A DNA stretch of 36,637 nt. It comes from a virus. Lineage: Duplodnaviria > Caudoviricetes. How positions within the stretch are numbered: position 1 is the first letter of the stretch; every line of letters begins with the position of its first letter. A model generated the notes under the pieces. It was not told the origin of the DNA. It did no database searches and saw nothing but the letters and a program-made list of their open reading frames with translations. The DNA lies in IMG/VR virus record IMGVR_UViG_3300033149_004981, positions 1-36,637 of that record. One strand, written 5' to 3'. Positions 25,206 through 35,136 of this stretch are shown here, piece after piece. A program made the translations under genes and the position numbers.

Positions 25206-28200
25206 CCGTAGAAAAAGGGATGTACAAAACTTAATGTTTCAAAATGAAACATTAAGTCAATTAAAGAATAAATATATCCCTAAAGATTTGGATGTTGCTA
25301 TAAGTATAAATGGGTCGGTGATAGAAAAACAGTCTTGGGGGTTAATGGTTCCAAAGCTCGGTGATGAAATAGTTTTCATGCCGGTGGTATCAGGTGGGGG
25401 AGGGGATAAAGATATACTTGGTATGGTTTTAATGATAGCTCTGGTAGCAGTAGGTGCCCCTTATATTGCTGGTACCGTATTGAGTTTGACTGAAGGGACC
25501 CTCGCTTATACAATTGCTTCCACGGCAATTGTTGTAGCAGGGGGTATGTTGATAAATTCTTTGATGCCTCAACCACAATCTAAACTTAATTTTGATACAG
25601 AATTTTCACAGGTATATAGATGGCATCCCATCACTTCGCAAAGACAAGGCATAGTCAAACCAAAATTTTATGGTAAAAATAAATTATATGGCAATGTCAT
25701 TAGTGTATTTACAGAACCTGATGATATAGACCCTACCAAACAAATATTAAATATGCTCGTTAGTTTAGGAACAGGCCCTGTTAAAGGCATAACCAAGTCG
25801 GACGGGTCTAATTATGATATACGGGTAAATGGACAAGCCCTACGGAATTACGATGATATAACTATAGAAGAAAAAAGAGGTACCATTGAGCAAACAGCTA
25901 TTAGTTTATTCAATGATACCAAACCAGAATATAGACCTAATAGAGTAGTAACCAATACCGGTGGTTCAGAAGTTTATACCACTCCTGATAATGATTTTGA
26001 TGATTTGGAAATTGAATTAATTTTTGACCGGGGAATTTATTATGCAAACAATCAAGGGGGCCTAAGTAATCATAGTATTGATATAAAAATTGAAATCTCA
26101 GAACATGACGCTGACTCTTGGAATACTTTAGTAGACGATACTATAACAGACAATGTTACCAGTGTCCTCCGTAGGAATTATGTAGCAAGTGGGAGTTATA
26201 CGGGAGGGTCCGCTGTGACTATAACCCGAGGAACCAAGTATGATATAAGGATAAGTAAAGACACCTCCGATGAAGTCAGTTCCAGGTATGGGGATAGATT
26301 GATACTTGGTTCCGTTAGGGAGGTAATGGAGGACGGTTTTAAATATCCTGGTTTGTCTTACTTAGCCGTGAAAGCCTTAGCAACGGACCAACTTTCCGGG
26401 AGTTTGGAAGTTGACGTTATACAAGAAGGGGCAATAGTTGCGGTATATGATGATGAGACGGAAACGTGGGGTTTGGAATATAGCACCAACCCAGCGTGGG
26501 TGTTGTATGATGTTTTAAGTCAACCAGTAATTAGTGGGGATGGTTCGGGTGGTTCCCCTTATGAAATAGAAAGGTATGAAGGGATAAACCCCGGCCGATT
26601 GGACACCACCAGTTTTGTGGCTTTAGCTAATTTCTGCGATGAATTAGTACCAAGTGGTATCGGGGCCGGGACGGAAAAGAGGATAACCTTTAATGGTGGA
26701 TTTGATGTGGGCACTACGATGTGGGAGGCTGCCTTAAAAGTATGCGAAATCGCCAGATGTATTCTCATTTGGGATGGTACAGATTTGTCGGTGGCTATCG
26801 ATAAAGTAACAAGTCCCTCCCAAATGTTTAATGTTAGCAATATTATTAAGGACTCCTTCAAACAAACCTTTTTACCTCAAGCAGAAAGAGTAAGCGAAAT
26901 AGAAATACATTACAGGGATGCAAAACAAGATTATAAAAGGGTTCCATTTTCCATATATAATAGTGCCGCTGGTAATTTTGAAAATAAGATTACCCTCGAA
27001 TTATTTGGCATAACCAAACAATCAGAGGCTTTTCGGGCAGGCATGTTTAGACTTGCCCAAAACATATTATTGAAATCTACAATCGAATTTGAAGCGGATA
27101 TAGATGCCATTGCCTGTATGGTAGGGGATGTTATTTATGTTCAACATGATGTGCCGGATTGGAGAGAGGGAGGTAGAATATTATCCTCAACTAATAATAC
27201 TATTGAAATAGACAAGCCCCTTGAATTCAGTGAGGACTCAGGGGCGGTTAATAGGGTTTTAGTAAGGGTTTATAACCCATTAACTGAAAAAGAGGAGATT
27301 GAAAATCATGTGGTTGCAAGTATAGATGGTAATGGCACAATCATTACAATAGTAGATACCTGGACAACAAACCCAAGTAAGGACGATATTTATTGTTTTG
27401 GGACTTCTGATAATACCGCAAGACAATACCGAGTTATGCAATTAAGTAGAAGTAGTGAGCAAAGAATCAAAATTACAGCAATAGAATATAATGCAGATAT
27501 ATATACCTATGACGAAGATGACCCGACAATCCCTATATCTGATTATGATTCTCCGGTCAGTACTGATATGATTGTCCGGCCTCCGAATTTTGATGAGATA
27601 CGAAGGGAATACCCAAAGTCTTTAGTTGGGGTTCCTACGATGGACATTCCAATTACCCATAATCTTTTATGGAGTGGTAATGATATAGATACGGTAAGTT
27701 GGTCAAGGAGTGATTTAGATTCAGGTGGGGGCACTCCTATTCTTTTAACCTATAAAGGAATTACCTATGAAATAACCGCAGATAATACAACAAACAAATA
27801 TATTTATTGGGATAAGAATGATAATAATAATACTTTTAAATCTACAGGAACCTTAGCCAATACCATAGGGGCAGACAAGTGGTTGATGTGTTATAATGAT
27901 GGTGGGAAGGAATACCCAGCTTGGGGCAGGCCTGTAATACACGGAGGGTTAATTCAAGCGAGTACTATAACTGCTAATCATATTATATCAGTAGATGATA
28001 ATCAGGTTTCCATAGGGGTAGCATTTGATTCCTATACAAAGTTGTTATTGCATCTTGATGGAGCGGACGAGGCCACTACTGCAACGGATAGTTCTAATAG
28101 TAATCATACAATAAATTTTGAAGGCACGGCAGAACTTGACACAGCCCAGAAGAAGTTTGGTACAGCGAGTTTATTATTAGATGGGAATAGTGATTATATT

Positions 28201-29319
28201 TGGGCTGCAAGTCATGCTGATTGGGATTTTGGGTCTGGGGAGTTCACTGTGGATTGCCAGATACGGCTTGCTGCCCTGCCTGAGACAAATGAGAGTATGA
28301 TTGTGGTAGCACAATGGGAGGTAACTGATGATGAGAGGTCATGGAGTCTGAGCGTTGTTGATGTAAGTGGAAATAAGAAACTCAGATTCAGATATTCCAC
28401 AGATGGTACTGCAGGGGCTTCAACATCAGCTTATTCTAATACGATAACCCTTACCGCTGATACTTGGTATCATATTGCTATTGTTCGGGATGGTAATACA
28501 TTGAGATACTTTTTAGATGGGGTGGCTATTGGGACCTCTGGCTTGACGGGGATAACCTTAAATAATTCTGCGGCCTCTTTGTCTATTGGGGCATGGAATC
28601 CTGATGGGACGCCGGCTACCTTCTTTAACGGTTGGATAGATGAAATTAGAATATCAAAAGGTATTGCAAGATGGACAAGTGAATTTTCTCCTGAAGAGGA
28701 AGCTTATTCTGGCACAGAGCATACTTATATTGATGATTGGAAAAAGACAGGACAAACAACCATTGATGGCGGGAAGATATCTTGTGATAATCTTGCTGTT
28801 ATAAATGCGGATATGGGAACGATTACTGCTGGGTCTATAAGTGCTTCTCTTATAAAATCAGGAACCCTCATTGCGGATAGAATACAGGCATCTACCATAA
28901 ATGGAATAGAATCCATAGATTATTTTGCAGGGGGGTCCATAAGTGGTGAATACATAGGGAACAAGAATGATTTTGCAAGTGAACAGACAGTCAAGACAAA
29001 AATAAATGTAGGAACTGATGGGGCATTAGCTGGGGGCCTTGCAGCATGGTGCACAAACGGTAGTGGTTTGGGGTGGGTAGAATTTGTGGTAAAAGTATAT
29101 AGGAGTACAACTCTTGTAGGCACTTACCATTGCAATGCTTATAATCATTACGAGGCAAACCCAAATACAACGGATATACAGATAACCGGATTGACCGCTG
29201 GTTTGTATAAAGTTACATATCAGAGGGGTGATTACGATGAGACCCAAACATATGATTGTGTTTTAACAATGACTTTAACAGGCAGCGAAAAACAATCTAT
29301 ACAGATAGAAAAACCTTAA
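25165..29319 (+). CDS. Central tail fibre / host specificity protein (gpI-like plus gpJ-like fusion) with LamG domain
   Basis: N-terminal ubiquitin-like SING...GDEIVFMP followed by a hydrophobic stretch; J motifs YSTNPAWVLYD, VGDVIYVQHD and ITAIEY; LamG LLLHLDG...WYHIAIVRDG...GWIDEIRISKG. Confidence 0.88.
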   Translation: MQTMRMIIIQNPFDRRKRDVQNLMFQNETLSQLKNKYIPKDLDVAISINGSVIEKQSWGLMVPKLGDEIVFMPVVSGGGGDKDILGMVLMIALVAVGAPYIAGTVLSLTEGTLAYTIASTAIVVAGGMLINSLMPQPQSKLNFDTEFSQVYRWHPITSQRQGIVKPKFYGKNKLYGNVISVFTEPDDIDPTKQILNMLVSLGTGPVKGITKSDGSNYDIRVNGQALRNYDDITIEEKRGTIEQTAISLFNDTKPEYRPNRVVTNTGGSEVYTTPDNDFDDLEIELIFDRGIYYANNQGGLSNHSIDIKIEISEHDADSWNTLVDDTITDNVTSVLRRNYVASGSYTGGSAVTITRGTKYDIRISKDTSDEVSSRYGDRLILGSVREVMEDGFKYPGLSYLAVKALATDQLSGSLEVDVIQEGAIVAVYDDETETWGLEYSTNPAWVLYDVLSQPVISGDGSGGSPYEIERYEGINPGRLDTTSFVALANFCDELVPSGIGAGTEKRITFNGGFDVGTTMWEAALKVCEIARCILIWDGTDLSVAIDKVTSPSQMFNVSNIIKDSFKQTFLPQAERVSEIEIHYRDAKQDYKRVPFSIYNSAAGNFENKITLELFGITKQSEAFRAGMFRLAQNILLKSTIEFEADIDAIACMVGDVIYVQHDVPDWREGGRILSSTNNTIEIDKPLEFSEDSGAVNRVLVRVYNPLTEKEEIENHVVASIDGNGTIITIVDTWTTNPSKDDIYCFGTSDNTARQYRVMQLSRSSEQRIKITAIEYNADIYTYDEDDPTIPISDYDSPVSTDMIVRPPNFDEIRREYPKSLVGVPTMDIPITHNLLWSGNDIDTVSWSRSDLDSGGGTPILLTYKGITYEITADNTTNKYIYWDKNDNNNTFKSTGTLANTIGADKWLMCYNDGGKEYPAWGRPVIHGGLIQASTITANHIISVDDNQVSIGVAFDSYTKLLLHLDGADEATTATDSSNSNHTINFEGTAELDTAQKKFGTASLLLDGNSDYIWAASHADWDFGSGEFTVDCQIRLAALPETNESMIVVAQWEVTDDERSWSLSVVDVSGNKKLRFRYSTDGTAGASTSAYSNTITLTADTWYHIAIVRDGNTLRYFLDGVAIGTSGLTGITLNNSAASLSIGAWNPDGTPATFFNGWIDEIRISKGIARWTSEFSPEEEAYSGTEHTYIDDWKKTGQTTIDGGKISCDNLAVINADMGTITAGSISASLIKSGTLIADRIQASTINGIESIDYFAGGSISGEYIGNKNDFASEQTVKTKINVGTDGALAGGLAAWCTNGSGLGWVEFVVKVYRSTTLVGTYHCNAYNHYEANPNTTDIQITGLTAGLYKVTYQRGDYDETQTYDCVLTMTLTGSEKQSIQIEKP

Positions 29320-29330
29320 GGAGAACTTTA

Positions 29331-29606
29331 ATGGCTTTACAAATGCAATTAGAATTAGAAACGGGTTTTACGGTAAATTATGCGAAAGTAAACAGTCTTA
29401 AAATTAAAGACAGCAAATTATCATTCAGCCTTGATTGGTACAAAGATGCACAAGCTAAGAAAGAAGGGCAGAAGGCAGCTCATAGGGAAGTATTTGGTTT
29501 GGATGATTTAAAAACAAAAAATATAGCAGAAATAGATAACTTGAAAGCAGCCATTTATGCTTTCTTAAAACAAGATGAACGTTTTCAAAATGCTATAGAT
29601 ATCTAA
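29331..29606 (+). CDS. Tail fibre chaperone-like protein
   Basis: MALQM... with IYAFLK...FQNAID C-terminus; AAGGAG RBS before ATG 29331. Confidence 0.65.
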   Translation: MALQMQLELETGFTVNYAKVNSLKIKDSKLSFSLDWYKDAQAKKEGQKAAHREVFGLDDLKTKNIAEIDNLKAAIYAFLKQDERFQNAIDI

Positions 29607-29696
29607 ATTACTACTGTAGAGATTTGTTTTGTATAGTGTTAGGGCTGGTTATGATAGTTGGCAACAATATGATATAACAGTAGAAAGGGAATAACA

Positions 29697-29846
29697 ATGA
29701 CACTTTCCATATTAGAAGAAAATGAAATCTTGAAAAAAGAGAATAAAGAACTTAAAAAAAATATAGATATTCTACAAGATAAGATAAGAGAATTGATGCA
29801 AAGTTTTGGAAAGGACAAAACGGAAGATGGAGGCCCACAGAAATGA
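29697..29846 (+). CDS. Small coiled-coil protein (49 aa), not in the ORF track
   Basis: GAAAGGGA RBS; MTLSILEENEILKKENKELKKNIDILQDKIRELMQ heptad pattern. Confidence 0.6.
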   Translation: MTLSILEENEILKKENKELKKNIDILQDKIRELMQSFGKDKTEDGGPQK

Positions 29847-30480
29847 AATTTTTATAGTAGGTGGGGGTCCCAGTTTAATTGGATTTCCTTTCAATCAATT
29901 AAAGGATAGAGATACTATAGCCGTTAATATGGCGGCTTTTGATGTGCCCAACCCTACTTATTGCATTACTGCAGACTCAGGAATTTTTCGTAAGATACAA
30001 GAAGGATACTTTAAGGGTATAAATACCACTTGGGTTATGGTTACTAATGCCGAACATTGTTCTATGAAATTTAGAGATGGTAGATTTAAGAATGAAAAAA
30101 CTGGTTTTGTTCATAATCCATTCTGCGTGAATCTTTTAATAAGGAATGCCGGGACAGATGGTATAGGATTTGCTTTCAAGAATTTTAAGACGGGATATAA
30201 CAGTGGGTTTTGTGCTTTTCAATTAGCCATACTTTTAAGATATAAAAAGATATACTTGTTAGGATTTGATTTGAACCCCAATTCTACCAAATGTCATTAT
30301 CATAATAGGTATCAGGGGGGAACGAAAAAAATAAACAGAAGGCATTTAGACCGTTATTATAACAATTTTAAATTGGCTTTTGAAATCATTAAGAAGGAAA
30401 CAGATATAAAAGTTTTTTCTTGTTCCAAAGGTAGCAGGCTCAATCAACTTATACCTTATATTCCCTTTGGAGAATTATGA
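29827..30480 (+). CDS. Maf/DUF115-like putative transferase, second copy
   Basis: IFIVGGGPSL, TIAVN, YNSGFCAFQLAILLRYKKIYLLGFD. Confidence 0.7.
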   Translation: MEAHRNEIFIVGGGPSLIGFPFNQLKDRDTIAVNMAAFDVPNPTYCITADSGIFRKIQEGYFKGINTTWVMVTNAEHCSMKFRDGRFKNEKTGFVHNPFCVNLLIRNAGTDGIGFAFKNFKTGYNSGFCAFQLAILLRYKKIYLLGFDLNPNSTKCHYHNRYQGGTKKINRRHLDRYYNNFKLAFEIIKKETDIKVFSCSKGSRLNQLIPYIPFGEL

Positions 30481-31022
30481 AACTTTCTATATTAATATGT
30501 ACTATAGTAGGACGAGAAGACCCTTTACAACGATTGTTGACAATATTGAAGGGGCAAATGAATAATCATACAAATAAATTGGTTGAGATACTAATCGAGA
30601 AAGATAATAGAAAGATGGTAGTGGGAACCAAACGGAATTTATTACTTAAAAGAGCTCAAGGAAAATATGTATGTTTTATAGATGATGATGATTTGGTTTC
30701 CGATGATTATATTTCTAAAATTTTAAGGGCTATTAAAGCCAATCCTGACGTTGTTGGTATTAAAGGAATAATAACTCGGAGAAAAAGAAAATATGTTAAG
30801 GTATTTATTCATTCTATGAAATACAAAACATGGTTTGAAAAAAATGGTATTTATTATAGGTGTCCTAATCATTTGAATCCTGTAAAAAGGAAATTAGCAT
30901 TACAAGTAGGATTTCCCGAAAAGAATAAGGGAGAGGATATGGATTATTCCTTAAGATTACGAGCTCTACTCAAAAGAGAGGAGTATATAAAGGAACCGAT
31001 TTATTTTTATTTAGCGGGTTGA
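30477..31022 (+). CDS. Glycosyltransferase family 2
   Basis: KLSILICT, KRN.LL..AQGKYVCFIDDDD, GEDMDY. Confidence 0.9.
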   Translation: MKLSILICTIVGREDPLQRLLTILKGQMNNHTNKLVEILIEKDNRKMVVGTKRNLLLKRAQGKYVCFIDDDDLVSDDYISKILRAIKANPDVVGIKGIITRRKRKYVKVFIHSMKYKTWFEKNGIYYRCPNHLNPVKRKLALQVGFPEKNKGEDMDYSLRLRALLKREEYIKEPIYFYLAG

Positions 31023-31023
31023 T

Positions 31024-31692
31024 ATGAAATTTTTGTTTAAGTATCCTTCAATGAAAAGACCAGATTGGTTTCTCCAAACATTAGAGAAGTATTATTCTAT
31101 GTTGAGTGGAAAAAATCAATATCGTTTTTTAATCACTTTGAATTCAAATGACAAAACGATGAATAATCCTAAAATGAGGAGGAGTATGGATAAATTTCCT
31201 AATTTAGTTTACCGGTATGGTAAACATAAAACCAAAGTGGAGGCAATTAATGCTGATATGAAGGGGGAAGAATTTGATATATTATTCCTTATCTCAGATG
31301 ATATGATTCCTATGAAACCAGGGTTTGATTTAATTATCTCTGAATTAATGAAGAAACATTTTCCTGATATGGATGGGGCATTACATTTTCCAGATGGATG
31401 TTGTAATAAGACAAAAGAGAATGCTATAACCCTAACCATAATGGGAAAGAAATTATATGATAAATTTGGTTATATTTATCATCCTATTTATAAAAGTTTT
31501 GCTTGTGATAATGAATTTAGAGATGAAGTATATCGTATGGGTAAAGTGGTTTTCATTCCAGATGTTATTGTAGAACATAAATGGAAAGGTTGGGGTAAAG
31601 ATAGAGACGAAGTGTATAAAAGAAATACTTTATTAGGTAAAAAAGATGTAGCCATTTATAAGAGAAGAAAGAAGGCAGGTTTCCCAAAGTAG
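31024..31692 (+). CDS. GT-A fold glycosyltransferase (GT2-like)
   Basis: KVEAIN, DILFLISDDM, YKSFACDNE and VEHKW motifs. Confidence 0.75.
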   Translation: MKFLFKYPSMKRPDWFLQTLEKYYSMLSGKNQYRFLITLNSNDKTMNNPKMRRSMDKFPNLVYRYGKHKTKVEAINADMKGEEFDILFLISDDMIPMKPGFDLIISELMKKHFPDMDGALHFPDGCCNKTKENAITLTIMGKKLYDKFGYIYHPIYKSFACDNEFRDEVYRMGKVVFIPDVIVEHKWKGWGKDRDEVYKRNTLLGKKDVAIYKRRKKAGFPK

Positions 31693-31700
31693 GAGAAAGA

Positions 31701-32291
31701 ATGTATTCACAAAGAGATGAAGAGAAGTATATTGTTAAATTTTTCAAAGGAAAACAAGGGCGGTTTTTGGACATAGGGGCATATGATGGAAAAACTTTTA
31801 GTAATACCTATCAATTAGCCTTACAAAATTGGGGAGGGGTATGTGTAGAACCTTCCCCCTCCTTACATAAACCTTTGGAAGATTTATATGGTAAGAATGA
31901 GAAGATAAAAATTATCAAAACAGGGGTTGGACCTAAACATGGTATTTTTCCTTTTTATAATTTTTATGGTGATGCTATAGGTTCCTTTGATAAGACTCAT
32001 GCGAAATTATGGGAGGAGAAAGGGAAAAGGAAATGGAAAGAGATGATGATAGAGGTTATTACAGTGGAGGAATTATTTACTCAAATAGGATTTGATTTTG
32101 ATTTTGTCAATATAGATACTGAAGGTTGGTCCTGGGCTATCCTTCAAGAATTTCCTTTCGCCCAATTAGAACAATTGAAAATGATTTGTATTGAATTTGA
32201 TTATGAACCTCAAAGAATTATAAATTTGGTGAAACCTTTCGGTTTTAGATTATATTATCAAACAGCAGAAAATTTAATTTTGGGGAGATAA
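31701..32291 (+). CDS. FkbM-family methyltransferase
   Basis: YSQ..EE, FLDIGAYDG..FSNT, GVCVEP, NIDTEG, ICIE. Confidence 0.9.
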   Translation: MYSQRDEEKYIVKFFKGKQGRFLDIGAYDGKTFSNTYQLALQNWGGVCVEPSPSLHKPLEDLYGKNEKIKIIKTGVGPKHGIFPFYNFYGDAIGSFDKTHAKLWEEKGKRKWKEMMIEVITVEELFTQIGFDFDFVNIDTEGWSWAILQEFPFAQLEQLKMICIEFDYEPQRIINLVKPFGFRLYYQTAENLILGR

Positions 32292-33028
32292 TGACTTGTG
32301 GAATATTACTTGTTGTTTTTGGTAAGAATTATGATTCATTAGCGGCTCATACTGTAGCTTATTCCCGTCAATTTACTAATCTTCCAATTCACGTCTTAAC
32401 TAATATAAAGGATAGGAATAGTAAATGGTATGATATGGAAAATATCACCTTTGATATTTTTAATCTCAATCAAAATGAAAACAGAAAAATCAAAACAAAT
32501 ATGATTAAATATACCCCTTTTGAGAAGACATTATATATAGATTGTGATTCCGTAATACAAAAAACAGGAATAGAAAATGCTTTTAATCTTTTGGAAGATA
32601 ACTATTTAGCATTGAATCGTTTTTTATATTGGGGAAAAGGCGAAAAAATATTAAGATTATATAAAAGAGTAATGAAAAGAACTAATGTTTCCTTACCTCT
32701 AATTGTGTATAACGGCGGTATTATGTGTTTCAAAAAAAACAAGGAGATGAAAGCCTTTTTTGTATTATGGGATAAAATATGGGAGGCAGATGGGAAAGGC
32801 CGAGAAATGCCGGCTTTGGCATGTGCCGTTGCGAAGTCAAGAATTCCTATATCCTTATTCCCTCGAAATTTCTTTGTACCTGATATTCGTAATGTAGATG
32901 GTGTGGTCCAACATAATTATAATTCTTATCAAGGTAAAAATTTTCATAAGGAATTTGGACTCCCAAGGATTAGAGAAAATAAACCGTTTGATAACGACCC
33001 TAAAGATTGGAATTGGGTAAACTTCTAA
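32291..33028 (+). CDS. GT-A fold glycosyltransferase (GT8-like)
   Basis: TPFEKTLYIDCD (DxD), YNGGIMCF, EMPALA. Confidence 0.7.
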   Translation: MTCGILLVVFGKNYDSLAAHTVAYSRQFTNLPIHVLTNIKDRNSKWYDMENITFDIFNLNQNENRKIKTNMIKYTPFEKTLYIDCDSVIQKTGIENAFNLLEDNYLALNRFLYWGKGEKILRLYKRVMKRTNVSLPLIVYNGGIMCFKKNKEMKAFFVLWDKIWEADGKGREMPALACAVAKSRIPISLFPRNFFVPDIRNVDGVVQHNYNSYQGKNFHKEFGLPRIRENKPFDNDPKDWNWVNF

Positions 33029-33738
33029 TGAAAAGATGTGTGGTAAATTATATAACAAGGAATGCGTGGCATCCTTTTGGACAAGAACGACTTAATAAAA
33101 GCCTAAAGCGGGTAAATTTTGGTGGAGATATATTATTATTTGATGATAAGAATTTTAGCTGTCCTTCACATCATATAATCCCTTATGCTTTCAAATTCTA
33201 TGCTATTAAGGCAGCTATAGAAAGAGGATATGAACAAGTACTATGGGTAGATGCTTCCTTTTGGGCTATACAACCTATTGATGAATTATTTGTTTTGATA
33301 GAAAAGGAAGGGGTGGTTGTTCAAAATTCTGGATATGTTTTAGGTCAATGGAGTTCTGATGCCTCTTTGAAATATTTGGGAGTAGGGAGAGAAGAAGCCT
33401 TTAATATGATGATGTATTCAGGAGGGTTAATAGGTCTTAATTTGAAATCCTCTATTGGTAAGGATTTCTTTAAAGCTATGTTTAAGGAAGCTATAATAGG
33501 AAGAGCTTTTAAGGGTTCTTGGATTAATCGAAAACAAGAGGTATCAAAAGATATTAGAGTCAAAGGACATCGTCATGATATGGTAGTAGGTACTGTAATA
33601 ATGAAAAGATTGGGAATTAAGATATTTCCGAATAATTCTTTCTTTTCTTATTATGCTTGGTATCAAAAGTATAAACAGGAAAAGGCTTTGGATGATAAAA
33701 TATTCTTTGTAATAGAAGGAGGTACAAGAAAAATATGA
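33028..33738 (+). CDS. Putative GT-A fold glycosyltransferase
   Basis: PYAFK..AI...GYEQVLWVDAS and GHRHD motifs; ATG coupled to the previous stop. Confidence 0.6.
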   Translation: MKRCVVNYITRNAWHPFGQERLNKSLKRVNFGGDILLFDDKNFSCPSHHIIPYAFKFYAIKAAIERGYEQVLWVDASFWAIQPIDELFVLIEKEGVVVQNSGYVLGQWSSDASLKYLGVGREEAFNMMMYSGGLIGLNLKSSIGKDFFKAMFKEAIIGRAFKGSWINRKQEVSKDIRVKGHRHDMVVGTVIMKRLGIKIFPNNSFFSYYAWYQKYKQEKALDDKIFFVIEGGTRKI

Positions 33739-33769
33739 GGTTTATTTTTGGAATAATAAAGGAAGTTTC

Positions 33770-34501
33770 ATGAATATTATTATTAAATCTTTTGGTTGTG
33801 GAATAGGAGATTTGCTTTTTGTAACTCCTACTTTTAGGGTTATAAAAAAAGCGTATCCTAAATCTGTGATAGTGGTTAATACCGATAGGCCAAGTTTGCT
33901 GCAAAATAATCCTTTTGTGAATAAAGTAGGTTCCAAAAAGGAAGGTGTTTTTTTAGGTTATCCCGCTCCCGCTGAAGGTGTTCTTCCTACCAAACATCAT
34001 ATTCTTTCTGATTGGGAGATTGTTTGTAAGGCATATAATTTGAAAACTGAAATGCCAGAACTCAAACCAGAATTGTATATAAAAAAATCACCTATCAAAC
34101 GCAAAATTATAGGGGTACAAATAGAACATAAAGGACTTTGGTATAATAAAAAGGTTTGGCCTTACTTTAAGACCCTTGCTAATGAAAATCATTTTGAATC
34201 TATTCCTCATATTAAAAATAATTCTATGAGAAACCTTGTTAAGAAAATCTCTGAATATAGGTGTGTGGTTTGTGCTGAGGGTGGCATATCTCATATGGCA
34301 AAAGCACTTGGTATCCCTGCTGTAGTAATATATGGAGGTTTTGCCAACCCGTTATGGAATGGTTACGAAGACCAAATTAATTTAACCAGTAATGTTGATT
34401 GTAGATATTGTTATAATATGAAACCTTGTAAATATAATTATAGGTGTTGGGAACAAATACCGATATCATTGGTAAAAGAGAAGGCTTTGGAACTATTATG
34501 A
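33770..34501 (+). CDS. Glycosyltransferase family 9-like (heptosyltransferase fold)
   Basis: GIGDLLFVTP..R.IKK.YP, K.WP, EGGISHMAKALGIPAVVIYG, C..C...C...C. Confidence 0.85.
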   Translation: MNIIIKSFGCGIGDLLFVTPTFRVIKKAYPKSVIVVNTDRPSLLQNNPFVNKVGSKKEGVFLGYPAPAEGVLPTKHHILSDWEIVCKAYNLKTEMPELKPELYIKKSPIKRKIIGVQIEHKGLWYNKKVWPYFKTLANENHFESIPHIKNNSMRNLVKKISEYRCVVCAEGGISHMAKALGIPAVVIYGGFANPLWNGYEDQINLTSNVDCRYCYNMKPCKYNYRCWEQIPISLVKEKALELL

Positions 34502-35136
34502 TAATTATATCCCCACATGGTGGTCATGGTACTTCTTATTTAGGCGGAGCACTTGATAGAAGTTTAATTCTAAGACCGGATACCGTTTTTAAATTTCCTA
34601 TCTTAGAAGATACATATCCGCTTAAGGAAAATGAAAAAGAATGGTATAAGAGAACTGGTGTTAAATTGGATTTTAAAAAAACCATAATCAATAATTTATA
34701 TTCATTGATAAAAAATCCTAATAAAAAACATATTCTCTTTTGTGGAAATTGTAGTATTAATTATAAATTCCTAACAAAAGGTAATATAAAGGCTTATTGT
34801 ATAGTTAGGAATCCAGTAGATGCCTATGTATCATTTTATTCCCATCAACATCCTGAAAAGGCCAAATCTTTTGGAGGTTTTCAAACAAAGGTAGCCATAA
34901 GGCATTGGGCCAGAAGGTGGAATCCTATAATTACTGATTTTTTGGAATCAAGAAATAAAATTATTCGATTTGAATTTTTTGCTATAGATGCCAAAAATAC
35001 CGAACTTGAATTCTTATCTAAAAGTTGGGATAGTAATAAGAGAAATGATGGAGAATTAAAATCTAACTTAATTGAATACATGAGACCTTTAGTAATAAAT
35101 AATTATCAGAAATTGTATGGGGTAGAAAATGAATGA
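34498..35136 (+). CDS. Sulfotransferase-like P-loop protein
   Basis: N-terminal SPHGGHGTSYL (5'-PSB-like), IVRNPVDAYVSFY (3'-PB-like), IIRFE. Confidence 0.65.
   Translation: MIIISPHGGHGTSYLGGALDRSLILRPDTVFKFPILEDTYPLKENEKEWYKRTGVKLDFKKTIINNLYSLIKNPNKKHILFCGNCSINYKFLTKGNIKAYCIVRNPVDAYVSFYSHQHPEKAKSFGGFQTKVAIRHWARRWNPIITDFLESRNKIIRFEFFAIDAKNTELEFLSKSWDSNKRNDGELKSNLIEYMRPLVINNYQKLYGVENE

Noticed and set aside
936-35081. Numerous minus-strand ORFs of 60-133 aa in the track, plus + strand 9292-9510
   Set aside because: They are shadows of well-supported + strand genes, with no motifs or convincing RBS.
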